Positions 44,421 through 59,190 of a stretch of DNA of 64,000 nt are shown here, piece after piece. The stretch comes from the human T2T-CHM13v2.0 reference genome, Homo sapiens: assembly GCF_009914755.1 (NCBI RefSeq), contig NC_060933.1; one strand, written 5' to 3'. Position numbers and translations under genes: made by a program. A model generated the notes under the pieces. The model did no database searches. It saw only the letters and a program-made list of their open reading frames with translations, and had not been told where the DNA came from. Each line of letters begins with the position of its first letter. The first letter of the stretch is position 1.

Positions 44421-44814
44421 AGACTTTTACAAAATAAGATGGTAAAGTCTCTCTGGAGAGTTTCCAGCCAGAAACTCTTGCCAACCAAAAAAAAATCTCA
44501 TGCTGTTATTCCCCAAGTCTGACCACCGCTGCCAAGTGCCAATGCCCCCGTGTGCTTGCTGGGCCACGCTCCACTGTCTGGCCACCTTATACTGTGTGTA
44601 AGCTAAGAACTCAAGTACAAAGGCGCTTCCCTTCGAGCCACGGGGCCATCCTATCACTTGGTTGATAGCTTATTCCCAGCCAAGCATAACGTGGCCATAT
44701 TTCAAATGTGCAGAGTTTAAACCTCCAGGAGGCCTCAATTTAGTTCAGAAAATCGAACACTAGAATGAAACTAAATTCCCAAGAGATACCCTGTACTACA
44801 ACTTCCTTCATTTC

Positions 44815-45250
44815 TAGCAGTGAGGATATTTTGGGCTGTATTATGAAAGAAAACTCTTGACCATAAAGGAATCTTCCCTTAACAAGAGAGCTGCGGGGAG
44901 GTGGTTCATGACGTCACCGAGGTCCAGGTTCTCTTTCCCTCCCATTGGGGTTGTGAATGAGCTTTCCATCCTCCTGCCGGTCACCTTGTGGGCACAGTGG
45001 CCGCTCCAGGGATCACACCAGCTACTGACTAAACAGTACGGCGGGGCAGGGGAGAGGCTTTTCCCCAAAACTCCTCTGCCTGGAAAGGAAGCCCCGCCCC
45101 CCTTACATCTCATTGGTCAGAACCAGGACCTGCAGTCACAGACAACCAATCACTGACAAAGGCAACCGTGATTGCCACGGCAGGTGTAGATCTGTCATGA
45201 CTAGGGGTCACCTGGCCCCTTCCTGCTCCTGAGCACCTGAACAGGAGCAC
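44815..45250 (-). mobile_element. MLT1J/K-like old MaLR LTR (reverse) carrying CRE, GC boxes and CCAAT boxes
   Basis: ttacatctcattggtcagaac...aaccaatcactgacaaagg motifs; TGACGTCA at 44909-44916. Confidence 0.55.
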
Positions 45251-45397
45251 AAAGGAGGTCCACAGGGCAAACTTACACAGGGCCTGGCCTTCCAGCTGCT
45301 TTCCTAAATTCTGGATTAAACGTCACCAGTCCACTCAGCATCACCATTGAAGAGTACATTTATCATCTTTCATATGGGTAGGTGGGTCCATCACCCG

Positions 45398-45487
45398 TCA
45401 GAATATTTCCATCCCTCTGATGTAGTATCTGGAATCATCACTGCTTCTAGGATCAGGAACTAGCCATTTGAACAAAGGGATCATCAT
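45398..45487 (-). ncRNA. Putative box C/D snoRNA-like element (unverified)
   Basis: Minus strand ATGATGA(C)-24nt-CTGA(D')-11nt-GTGATGA(C')-33nt-CTGA(D); 90 nt; weak 4-bp terminal stem. Confidence 0.25.
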
Positions 45488-45773
45488 CCCGAGAACAGCA
45501 GGGGCGGCTCCGTACCTCACCCTGCTACCTGGCGTTTATGGTTGCTGAAGTCTCAACCCAAGCTCAGCAGCTGGTCGGAGTTGTCATCCCCAACATGAGG
45601 ACTCTTAGGTGCAGCGGCCTCCACCTGGCACAGGACCGTGAAGGGAACTGAGGACTGTGACTACCACACGCGGCTCCCATAGACACCAACAGCAGCCCCC
45701 TTTTAACTGGAATCATCTTCTCTGGCACCCCTGGGGAAGAGGTTGGTGCATTTCCATCTCCCAATGGGGAAAG

Positions 45774-46368
45774 TGTGTCCGGAGTTTTGTTCCTTCCGGT
45801 AGGTTCACAGTCTCCCTGACTTCAAGAATGAAGCTGCGGACCTTCACAGTGAGTGTTAACAGCTCTTAAAGGTGGTGTGTCTGGAGTTTTTCTTCCGGTG
45901 GGTTCGTGGTCTTCCTGACTTCAAGAATGAAGCAGTGAGTGTTACAGCTTTCAAAGGTGGCACTGGACCCAAAGAGTGAGCAGCAGCAAGATTTATTGTG
46001 AAGAGCGAAAGAACAAAGATTCCACAGCCATGGAAGGGAACCTGAGCAGGTTGCTGCTGCTGTCTTGGGGGAGGTGGGGGGCGGGGGGAGGTGGCCAGCT
46101 TTTATTCCCTTATTTGTCCCCTCCCACATCCTGCTGATTGGTCCATTTTACAAACCTCTAGCTAACCACAGAGTGCTGATTGGTATGTTTTTACTGAGCA
46201 GTCATTGGCACATTTTACAAACCTCTAGCTAGACGCAGAGCACTAATTGGTGCTTTTTACAATCCTAGATACAGAATGCTGATTAGTGCATTTTACAATC
46301 CTCCTATAAAACGAAAAAGTTCTCCAAGTCCTCACCCCGCCCAGAAATCCAGCTGGCTTCACCTCTCA
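45774..46368 (-). mobile_element. LTR12-family (ERV9) solo LTR
   Basis: Minus strand begins TGAGAGGTGAAGCCAGCTGG and ends ...CCGGACACA; repeated CCAAT units; gacttcaagaatgaagc U5 repeats; flanks aaag/aaat. Confidence 0.92.
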
Positions 46369-48417
46369 AAATGAGGGGCAGGCGAGGCAAAGACCAAGTT
46401 CCTGGCTTAGGCTCTGGCAGGATCTAGAATTGAGTGTTGCACAATTCTAACACCTCCATCCTAATTGTGTTATAGCATCTGTCAGCAGAGGCCCTGGGAT
46501 GTATGTGAAGTCACATCTTGGCTGTAACTCATTCCACGCAGGAAAGCAACAAGGAAGAAGGGAGGGAAGGGTGATTCTGCTCCTAGCAGCCAAAGTTGTC
46601 TTGATCTAATCACGGAAATTTGTTTCCCCCGCAACTAATCTTTTTGGCACCTTTTGTGTTCTTGCTAGGAGCCAAAATCCCTGGAATGGAATTAGAAATT
46701 CTAAGTCATGGATAATCTTACGTGGATTCCAAATCCTGTTAGCTTATTTTGTTCAGGTGATGCTCCCCTGACTTTTATATTGGTTAATTCTTTAATCTCG
46801 CCAAGCATTTTGCCTATGCAATGCCCCACCTGTCGCAGCCAGGCCAGCCCTGATGCACTCCCTGCAGGGAGTCCTGAGGGAAACCCTGGGCTCCCACCCT
46901 GCCCCTCACCTTTACCCACAGAACTCCCTCTTCCCCACCTGGCAACTTCCCCTGGACTTCAAAGATCCTCCTCAAATTAAGATAATTCTTAAGTGGAAAG
47001 AATTCCAAATATTAGCCAGCCACTCCCATCTGGTTCCATTATGTACGGTTTTTTCCTTATGGTAATTCAGACTGCTAGCAAAGCATCTAAGTGGATGCCA
47101 ATGTGTTTGGGACCCTTTTCCAGGTCCTGACACTGGGATTTCATATATGGACTTTTTTCCTGGTAATTTAAGAAAAAAATCTTGGAATCGCTCTTAGAAT
47201 CTGAAGCCTTATCATACAAAAATACTTAACTACCATTTTCTCCCAAGAAACTGGCAAAGGAGGAAGAAAGGTGAAGTCGGCCACCAACATGGTAGAAAGA
47301 TTCTCTCAAGAGCTTTCAAAGAAGAGGCTTCACTAGATGGTCGAGGTTGTCCCATGCTGGAGTGGAAAATGTTCCCTGCCCCCACAGACGCTCTGCTTTT
47401 CCTTGCTTATTCTTTAGTTTTACTCCTTCCCAGCAGCTCCAAAATTAATTCCCCGTGTTTATTCACGTGTTGCTTATATGTTTTCCATCACCAACCATTT
47501 TGTTGAAGTTCATTAATTTCCTCCTGACCCCACTGCACTCTTCCCACTCCCTTAAACAATTTAAGAGCAATGCTTCAGCTCAACCATTTTTGGTCTGGCA
47601 TGAATTTCAAATTCCCTCTTCAAACAGACTCTCTGTTCTATTTTTTGTGCTGTCATTTACCCCCTTACGCTGGGTCTGTAGGTTTCTTAGTTCTAAACAC
47701 TTTGGCCAATACCATCTAAAAATCAACATAGGAAAAATAATCTCAAACCCAGACACGTGCGAGAAGAAGATACGTGCAGAGAAACAACGCCAAGAAAGAG
47801 ACTGGAGTTCATGGGGAAGTACGATCCATGTCACAAAAAAGGACCCAGACTGGAGGTGTGGACGCTGACACATTATGCAGAGGGCAGGGAAGCTCGTGTG
47901 TCCTCACTGAGAGGGCACCCCTGGGCCACACCCCGAATCTTTAAGAGCATCATCTGTGCTGAAAAGGAAATGTGCTAGAAACCCTGGAAAGCATGCCCAG
48001 GAAGACCTGGGCACCCAACGTTGGCCAACCCTCCCCACAGCGGGCACAGATCCCACTTCTGCAGGCTGAGCACAGCAACGGTGCTCCCCACATTGGGCAA
48101 AACCAGCGTACCTGGTGTAGAGCTGCATAGGGGAGAGAGATGCGTGGGTGCACACTGGGGTTGGGGTGCTCAGGAGAGCATCTGGACAAGTGAGCAAAGC
48201 CAGACAGGCCAGCAGGGCACTCCTACTGGAGGCCACAGTGCAGGGCATCCTTCTGCCTCCATCCAAGCTCACCCAATGACACCTGGACACTGCACAGAGC
48301 TGGATAGTGAGGCAGCTTTATAAGTAGAAAGCTCATTCTTGTATCAAACTGAAATTGGTGTCCCAGTAACCTCCACCCAGTGATCCTAACTGTTCCCATT
48401 AGAAGCTGAAGGGCACA

Positions 48418-48739
<322 letters not shown>

Positions 48740-50655
48740 TCAAGTTCTCCCACTTAACAGACTTGCAAAGATCTGAAGCCACCCCAACCCTAGGCTCCCT
48801 ATAAAGTCCCTTAACTGTTCTCAGCACATGTGGTTCCCTAACCCTAAATACTTTCCGACAGTTTAAAAGAAGGTGGAGGAAAAATCTCATGCTAGCTTTC
48901 AGAGGAGGGCTTTTAAGACAAGTGTTTGACAGTAGGTAAATTAGGTTTGAACATAGGAAACTGCCATTTTTGTAGGTTGAAACGGGCTTAAAGAGAGGCA
49001 GTCTCCTATGACACAATGTAATATGTTGTCAAAACAGAAGCAAGTGATAAAAATTTTCTGCAATTCCATAGTAGTGATGGTTATACGATTCTGTGAATAT
49101 CTTAAAAACTGGTGAATTGTACGCTCCGAAAAGCTGAATTGTATTGGCTTGTGGATTCTATCTCTTAATTTTAAGAATTCTGTTGTTAAAATAAAAGGGA
49201 CAGGAAGAGCCTACAAATGTCCTGTGCACATAACTGGTGGTCAACTCTAAAAGGCTGGCTTACATGTAGCAAAAGCTCCTTTCATTACAGATGACTGAAG
49301 TTGAAAAAGCAAAATAAGGCAAAATTCAGCAATAAGCCCACACGTACACAGCCCCCCAACCCCTGTCCTTGTCATGCCCACAGACTGAGTGTCCCTCTCT
49401 GAGGTCTTCCCCGCCCCTCTCTGCAGTCCGCACCCCTGTGACCTCATTTCCAGACCACTCCACTCAACACAGCCAGACTGCCTAGGATTTTATTTGCATC
49501 ATGTTTTAACACATATAGTCCAGCTTCCCAGGTAGATTAGAAATCTTTAAGGACAAATACTACATGATAAATATACTACTTCCTCATACTGCCAGGATAA
49601 CAATATTGGCTTTTAAATGGGCACTTAATAAACATTCGTAATTGCTACTGACAATAATTAGGGCTTTTAGGCACGATCCCCTTGCTTTTAAACAGTTGAT
49701 GCTCAGGCAACCAGAATTCCTGAGCTCAAACGTAAAATATGGTATGCCTTGGATCTCTACAAGACTCTGCTTTCTTGACTGTTCTTTCTTTAAATACCAA
49801 ATTCATTCAGGATAAATTCACATCAAAGCAAAGGCCAACTCGTGTAATAACAACGGTTCAGGAGAACCCACAAATTCCTCGCTGTCTCCGAGCACTGGAC
49901 CATCTGAATCCAACGGAAACACCAGGTTTACAACCTGCCCACCATGAATCCTACACCTCAACCTCACTTTCAGTATTAACATTCTTCAAAATTCTCAGAG
50001 GATCATTCAGCCTCATTTAGGTTTTTTTTTCTTTCTTACCAAATGTGTACCAGGGTTCCTATGACACCCATTCAGCTCTAAGTCTCCTGGAAAACCTGCC
50101 CTTCTGGTGGTTGATGATATAAAGTCTACTGGCAGCTGCTTCCCCCAGCCCACTCTGCTCCTTCATCCTGCAGGGTGGGGGCCGGAGTGGGGAGGGTTTC
50201 ACCCAGCCTGGCCGATCTCACACTTTTCCTCCTGTACCCTTCCTGGGAAGGTTTCCCAGCCCACCTTCATGGAGGTGTCAACCACTGGGGTGGACTCGGA
50301 GGAGAGTAGAACCAACAACCGGTACCAGCATTTACTGAACCTGAACTTTCAGAAATATTTTGAACAGTTTAGAAGGGAATATTTGGAGCAGCACCCACCG
50401 CCATCCCACACCTGCCCCACCAGGCTCCCTTGACCCCCTCAGAAGCCAGCACATAAATCCCACTCAACTCCCAATATCAACAGGCCATTTGTGAAACAAA
50501 GTTTGAGGAGATATTATTCCTTCTCTTTTGAGTAACATAAAAAATTATAAAAGAATCAAAACCTCAATGAATTCCATGTTCATTAAAGGAAAAAATTTAA
50601 AAAGCATTTTTACTTTAACTTTAAGCCCTTACTTGTGCTTAAGAATAAACACGAT

Positions 50656-50965
<310 letters not shown>

Positions 50966-52012
50966 TTACCCTGCCCACAGGAGACATTCAGAAAGAGGCA
51001 AGGGAACAGAGATCAGGTGAGGAAGCCTAGCATTTCACTCCTTCAGCAGGTACTTCCTAAACACCTGGTCTGTCTCAGGTGCTTCCAGGCACTTGGGAGC
51101 ATATCGACAAAGCAAATGAAGATGTCTGCTCTGGGGTGTGAAGCAGATAAAAACAAATACACATGACAGATAGGTCAAGCAGACGATATGTTCAGAGGTG
51201 ACAGAGCTACAGGCAGAAGAGGCGGAGACCCCACTATGGGGCACAAAGAAAGATCTGAAGTGAACATAATTTAATTAATGTGGCCCCAGGCACTCAGGCA
51301 CGGACCAAGGGTGTGCTTCACTGATCTGCATCAAAATGTAAATTGGAGGTTTTATACACTAAAATATGAAAATAACTCATATTGAAACCAGCCAGAGACT
51401 GTTTAGGATAGCCAAGCCTCAGACAGCTTGTGTGCAGTATCATTGCCAACAAACTGGACCTCCACCCGAGGGGGTGAACACAGCACTGTGGAGTGGACAC
51501 TCATGTCCCATCCTCAACCAGGTGCCAAATGGCAGGTGGCCAGCCACAAGAAGTAGCGGACAGGAGAAGCACTGTCCCTTCCCCACAAAGGGTCCCACAA
51601 ACTGGCCCTGGGCATGTCCTAGTGCTCTCTGACCTGCAGGAAAAAATGAATCAAGACCTCAACCCCATATCAACAAAGAAGTGGCTACTTCAGCCTAAGT
51701 ACATGCAAAATCAGTCCTTCTTTAATATAGGGGAAAGTTAAAACAGGAATTCCAAATTAAAAGTAATTATATTTTTTCCTCCGTTCTTAAATATATACAC
51801 GTATACACACACTTACATATATGGCAAAAGTAAAGCAGAATCAGGAATAGAATGCAGAGGCTATGGAAATCCCAAACCACACTGGCAAAAGAGGACACTT
51901 TTCAAGAGCCTGTGCTTAATTGCAGACCAAGCCGCAGGCCTCTTTGTGTCACCAAGTTCTTCCCTTCTAACTTCAAGGGGATGGTAATGTTTAGTCTTTT
52001 AAAAGTAAATGA

Positions 52013-52304
52013 AGCCGGGTGTGGTAGCTCACGCCTGTAATCCCAGCACTTTGGGAGGCCCAGGCGGGTGGATTACTTGAGGTCAGAAGTAGGAGACCAG
52101 CCTGGCCAACATGGTGAAAGCCTGTCTCTACTAAAAACACAAAAGTAGCCAGGCGTGGCGGCGCACGCCTGTAGTCGCAGCTACTCAGGAGGCTGAGGCA
52201 GGAGAATCGCTTGAACCCGGGAGACAGGTTGCAGTGAGCCAAGATCGCGCCACTGCACTCCAGCCTGGGCAACAGAGACTCCGTCTCAAAAAAAAAAAAA
52301 AAAA
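52013..52304 (+). mobile_element. Alu (AluS-type)
   Basis: Full dimer; TSD aaaagtaaatgaa. Confidence 0.97.
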
Positions 52305-52309
52305 GTAAA

Positions 52310-52528
52310 TGAAACTCTAACAACAATAATAAAAAGACAACCCAAGGTGAGATTGGGCAAAGGATCTGAATAGACATTTCTCCAAAAAAAAAATACACAA
52401 CTGGCCAAAAAGAGCATGAAAAGATGTCATCATTAGTCACTGGGAAAATGCAAATCAAAATCACAATGAGAGACCACTCCACAGCCATTAGGACTAGGAC
52501 GACTATTACCAAAAAACCAAACAACAGC

Positions 52529-52560
<32 letters not shown>

Positions 52561-52745
52561 AAACAGAAAACAAGTACTGTTGAGAACGTAGAGAAATTAA
52601 AACCCTGGAATACTGCTGGTGAGAATACAAAATGGTGCAGCCACTGTGGAAAAGTCTGGCAGTTCCCCAAAAAAAAAAACATGGAATGACCATGTGATCC
52701 GAAATTCTACTGCTAGGTATGTACCCAAAAGAAATTGAAGACTTG
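52310..52745 (+). mobile_element. L1M ORF2 3' fragment containing a (CAA)n microsatellite at ~52518-52560
   Basis: gggcaaaggatctgaatagacatttctccaaa...gaaaatgcaaatcaaaatcacaatgaga. Confidence 0.88.
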
Positions 52746-52851
52746 TGAATGAAATGTTACTTGGAAATCAACAGCGTCTTCTCTGAGTCCCATCTTCCTT
52801 GCAATCAAATAAGAAACAGGTTAAATATCAACAGTTTGATGTCCATACTGA

Positions 52852-53173
<322 letters not shown>

Positions 53174-53649
53174 AAGAATATTTTTTAAAACTATTAGATG
53201 GGAATCTTCTCCAAAACCTGTCGACTCCTCAGTGTCCTCTCATGTCAGGCTCTCCAAATCAGCTGCATAGCTGCTGCATCCAACCCCAGTCCAGCTGCTC
53301 AGCCTTTTGCCCTCCTTTCTGGGTGCACACTGGGGCAGCCTGCCTCTCCAAGCCCTGTCCTCCAACAGACTCACTCTGCCTCACTTCTGCTGGGCATGAC
53401 CTCCCCACTCCCCACTGCCCAATACAGCTCCATTCCATCTTCACATACATAAAGCCTCTCCCTCATGCCAAAGAATAGATGTCTGTTACCTAAGTAGCTA
53501 TGCCAAGGAATTCAGTGATCACCTGGACAGAGAAGATGCCCAATGTATTTTATTCAATAAGCTAACAAGTTAGCAGCCTCTAGGCACAGAGCAGGTGCTC
53601 AGAAAGTACTTATGACTGGCCAAAATGCTGGGGATGAGGCAGTATAAAG

Positions 53650-53853
53650 CAGCACTGCCCAACTTGCTGTGAAGAGGGAGAGTGTCTCTATCTCCACTGT
53701 CCAGTGTGGCCTCCAGCCACATGTGGTATGTGGCAACTGAGCACTTAAGTTTGGCTAGTGCAGCCAAGGGTCTGTTTGTAATTTTATTCAGTCTGAGTTA
53801 ACTTCAATTAAATAGCCACATGTGATTAATGGCTATCAATTGGACGGTACAGC
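53650..53853. mobile_element. MER3/MER33-like hAT-Charlie element
   Basis: agccacatgtgg...ctgagcactt...aaatagccacatgtg...ttggac. Confidence 0.7.
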
Positions 53854-54932
53854 TACAGAACAATGCACACCCTGGGCATCCTCCTATATCCAGAAATACG
53901 CAAGGTAAGGAAATTTGCAGATGGCTAATTTAAGACTTGGCAAGCAAAACAAAGCTCTGGAGACCCAGGGTTGAGGAAATGTGCAAAACTCTGAACAAAG
54001 GCTTTCTTTTTAAAATTCACATCTAAACCATAACAGGACCACAAATATTACATTTTTTCTTTAGCAGTAATCAATAACTCATCATTTATTTCAAGTTGAC
54101 GCACTGACTTTAATATTTTAACCCTCACATGCAATTTTACCAAAGTGCTTATAAACTTGTTGCTTGTTGCAAATAATGTACACACAAGGAAGGCCGTTTT
54201 CAGGATGGCATGGCTATCCGATGAGTCAGTATCTTTTTGATCTGAGAGATTCCAAGCTCCCTGAGTTCCTTGGTGGTCCCAGAGATGGAGGAATGCAGGT
54301 GTCGTTCTTCAGGTGGCAGAAGTGTTGGGTCAACTGTCCTGTGTGGCTCCTGGAATGAGAGCCGAGGAGAAATCAGGGCACATGGGTGCCTTCCTATTCC
54401 AGGGTTTGAGGATGTTCTCATGCATCCCAATTGCAGTCCATACTTGGACCCTCATCAGGCCCTGAAATCCGTCTCCACTACAACATTGGCAGCTGATTCT
54501 TTCCTGCTCTCCCCAAGCTGCTGTTCTGCTGCCTGTCTGCACTGAGTAGAACTGAGCTGGTACTCCATGAATGGGAGGGACACTTGAGGGCGAGGTCTTT
54601 GTCCTCCACGGTAGGTGATCCCTCCTGCTGCCCAGCCCTTTTCCTATCCTTTGTCCCCACTCCCAACATCAGGCATCCTGTGGTCACGCTGGGGACTGCC
54701 CGGCCATCCCTCCTAGTCCCTGCGGTGGAGAGAGGCAAGGGGAGGACTGGAGGAAGGTGTCCATCGGGTCTCAGTCCCTTGTGGTGGAGTGACAGGCAGC
54801 TTCAAGGCCAGTGGCTTCTGCCTGCGTCCTCCTGTCCCAGGCCCTCTATGGGAATCACAGCCAGTGGATCTCAACTTTTACGTGCATTAGAGAGGCACAG
54901 ATTGCTGAGTTCACCTCAAAATTTCTGATTCA

Positions 54933-55574
<642 letters not shown>

Positions 55575-55884
55575 ATGTTTGCATTTTTAACAAGCTCCCA
55601 GGTGATGCTGATGCCAGTGGTCCAGAGACACCACTGAGAGAACCATCGCTGTAGGGCCCTAGTCTTCTAGAAGAGGACACCCTCATGACACCAACCATCT
55701 GCTCATCTCATAGACATTAACTTACACAGCTCTCAAGAACACACTTCCCCCAAGATACAGCCTTCAGCCATCCCAACAGCTCAGCCCAAGCCCACGAGAC
55801 CCAGCCCCCAGCTCGGCAAGCTCTGTCCTTGCTCAGCACAAGTGAGCTCACAGGTACACACCCCTGACAATGCTGTCAGCTGCC

Positions 55885-55918
55885 TGTATGTGTGTGTGTG
55901 TGTGTGTGTATGTGTGTG
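55885..55918. repeat. (TG)n microsatellite
   Basis: tgtatgtgtgtgtgtgtgtgtgtgtatgtgtgtg. Confidence 0.9.
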
Positions 55919-56338
55919 CAGCCTGCATATGCACTTGTTTTGGTGCCTGGCACATGCACCCATTTCTTCTCAAACTTATGACTTACCTCCACACAAGCCC
56001 CAATTCCCAATGCCCTCGCCATCCTTATCCTCCAACCCCAAATACATGCACACACCTAAGTTTCCTGGATGGCAGAAAACCAACAGATGGATAATCCATA
56101 GGAACTCAAATACAGAGTAACAGCAATCCTATGTCAAGAGTGCTTGCCAGAGAGCCAGAGAGAAGAAAACTCGCTCACTCTACCCTTTCATTGCACAGAA
56201 TTTGGGGGACCGATCCTGAGGTGTGACACCACTCTGGGTTCAACAGACACCTGGGTAGAGAAGCCACCAACTGACCTCAGAGATGGGGTTTCCTCCTGGT
56301 GAGAAACAAGTCACTTGGCTTCCACGCACTCTGCCTAA

Positions 56339-56997
<659 letters not shown>

Positions 56998-57119
56998 CTA
57001 TATTTATCCTTGCAACAGGATTTGAAACACATAAACATGGGATACATTTTTTTAAACTCCAATCACTGTAGCCAGATGTAGAAATCCATCTACCTTCTTT
57101 AAAAGATTAAGAGTATTAC

Positions 57120-57475
57120 GTCCGGGTGAACCCTGATGAAATCACGCTCAGTGAAACAGGCCAGGCACAAAGGACAAACACTATACGAGTCCACTCACAC
57201 GAGGTCCCCAGCGTAGTCAAATACATAGAGACAGAAAGGAGAATTGGGGTTGCCAGGAACTCAGGAGCGGGGAATAAAGAGGTAGTGTTTCATGGGGAGA
57301 GAGCTTCTGTTTGGGAAGGGGAAACAGTTTTGGAGATGGATGGTAGTGAGGTGGTGATGGCTGCACAGCAACGTGAATGTTCTTGATGCTGCTGAACTGT
57401 ATGCTCAAAACCAATTAAGATGGCACATTCTATGTTTTGTGTATTTTAATACCAAAATTTTAAAAAGAAAAAAAT
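57120..57475 (+). mobile_element. L1MB 3' end
   Basis: gtgaaacaggccaggcacaaaggacaaac...gtcaaatacatagagacagaaagga. Confidence 0.85.
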
Positions 57476-57985
57476 AACACGTTTTTTATAAGTGTTATAT
57501 CATTAAATTTGGTAGAACGGTGCTCTTTTGCCCCATTTCATGGGCCATACTCAGCCCACCAGAGCAAAGTGATCTTTTTCAGACCGTAAGTCTTTCAAGA
57601 CCCAAACTGCGTCCTGGACACAGCTGGGTTAGAGGTCATACTCTCCAGGTCAGAGACCCACAGCTCCCCCAAAAACCAGGATCTTAAGGTCACTTGGTGG
57701 TCACCGCCCTCAGCGGCTTTTGGAAGCTCATCCAAATCCCCAAACCATTACACAGGTAAGTGTAACTTCACAGCCTGCCTGCAAGAAAAGTCCTTGCTGA
57801 CCCACTCACTGCAGGAAGAACTAAACACCGTACACAAACTCCAAAGCCAGAGGACCCTGAAGGGGGACCAGGGGAGAAAAAAGTCCGAGGGCCACCTCCA
57901 TGCCCCACCTCCATTCACCGCCTCCATTTGCTACCTCCATACCCTATCTCTGTGCCCTCTGTGGCTGGCTCTGTGTTTTCTAGAT

Positions 57986-58408
<423 letters not shown>

Positions 58409-59029
58409 TAGCTAGAGACTGCCCTTCCCAGGCCTGGCAAATCCTAGAGACAGCAAAGGGCCCACTGGGAGCTCGCCTTTCTTATGCAAACCAACCACCC
58501 TAGAGCCCCACTTCCCGCCACCTCCTGCATCACACTCACCTGCCACCACCTTCTGCATTACATTCACACGCCAAGCCAACTTCTTGGCCCTATGTGACCC
58601 CAGGGCAGGCACCAGGCACCAGACACCCAGGAACAGCCCCCACCCCCAGGCCCCAAAGCCTGCCAACAAGAGTCACATCAGCCCATCTGGAACCGTCCCC
58701 CACTGCCTTGTATTTCCCAATCCCCTCACTGCCCCTCTGCCTCCCAACCCAACCTGCTGCTGCCCTTGAGGCCCTGCATGGCATGGCAGGTACCCTTCTC
58801 TTAGGAAATGTAAATAACAAAATCTTTCCATGTAAAATCCCTCTGGCACCATCACTGGGATGCCACCCACCACGGTGTGGGACTGTGCCCTGGTGGCCAC
58901 ATAAAGAAAGGAAGGTACACCACTCTGACGTGGGCTCACCGCTGACCCTGGGCAAGGAAAGAGGCAGACTGTGGGCTTCTCATGGGAGAGCAGAGTCTTG
59001 GAAAGCCAAACTGCCCCAGATGAATCCAG

Positions 59030-59190
59030 ATTCACCATTCTGGGGACATAATGCTGGGCAAGGCATGCTGCTTCTCTCTACCTCAGTTTCCCCATCTGTA
59101 AAAGGGACAAACAGCATCTCCCCTCACAGACTGTTTCAAAGACTAAATGACATAATTCATCTAAAAAGCAGGGCAGATCCTGGCATGAAT
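59030..59190 (+). mobile_element. MIR
   Basis: ctgggcaagg...cttctctctacctcagtttccccatctgtaaaaggg. Confidence 0.75.

Noticed and set aside
57583-57755. Plus-strand exon-like unit ending CAG|gtaagt
   Set aside because: Isolated, opposite to the inferred host strand and without partner exons; could be an antisense lncRNA exon but is unsupported.
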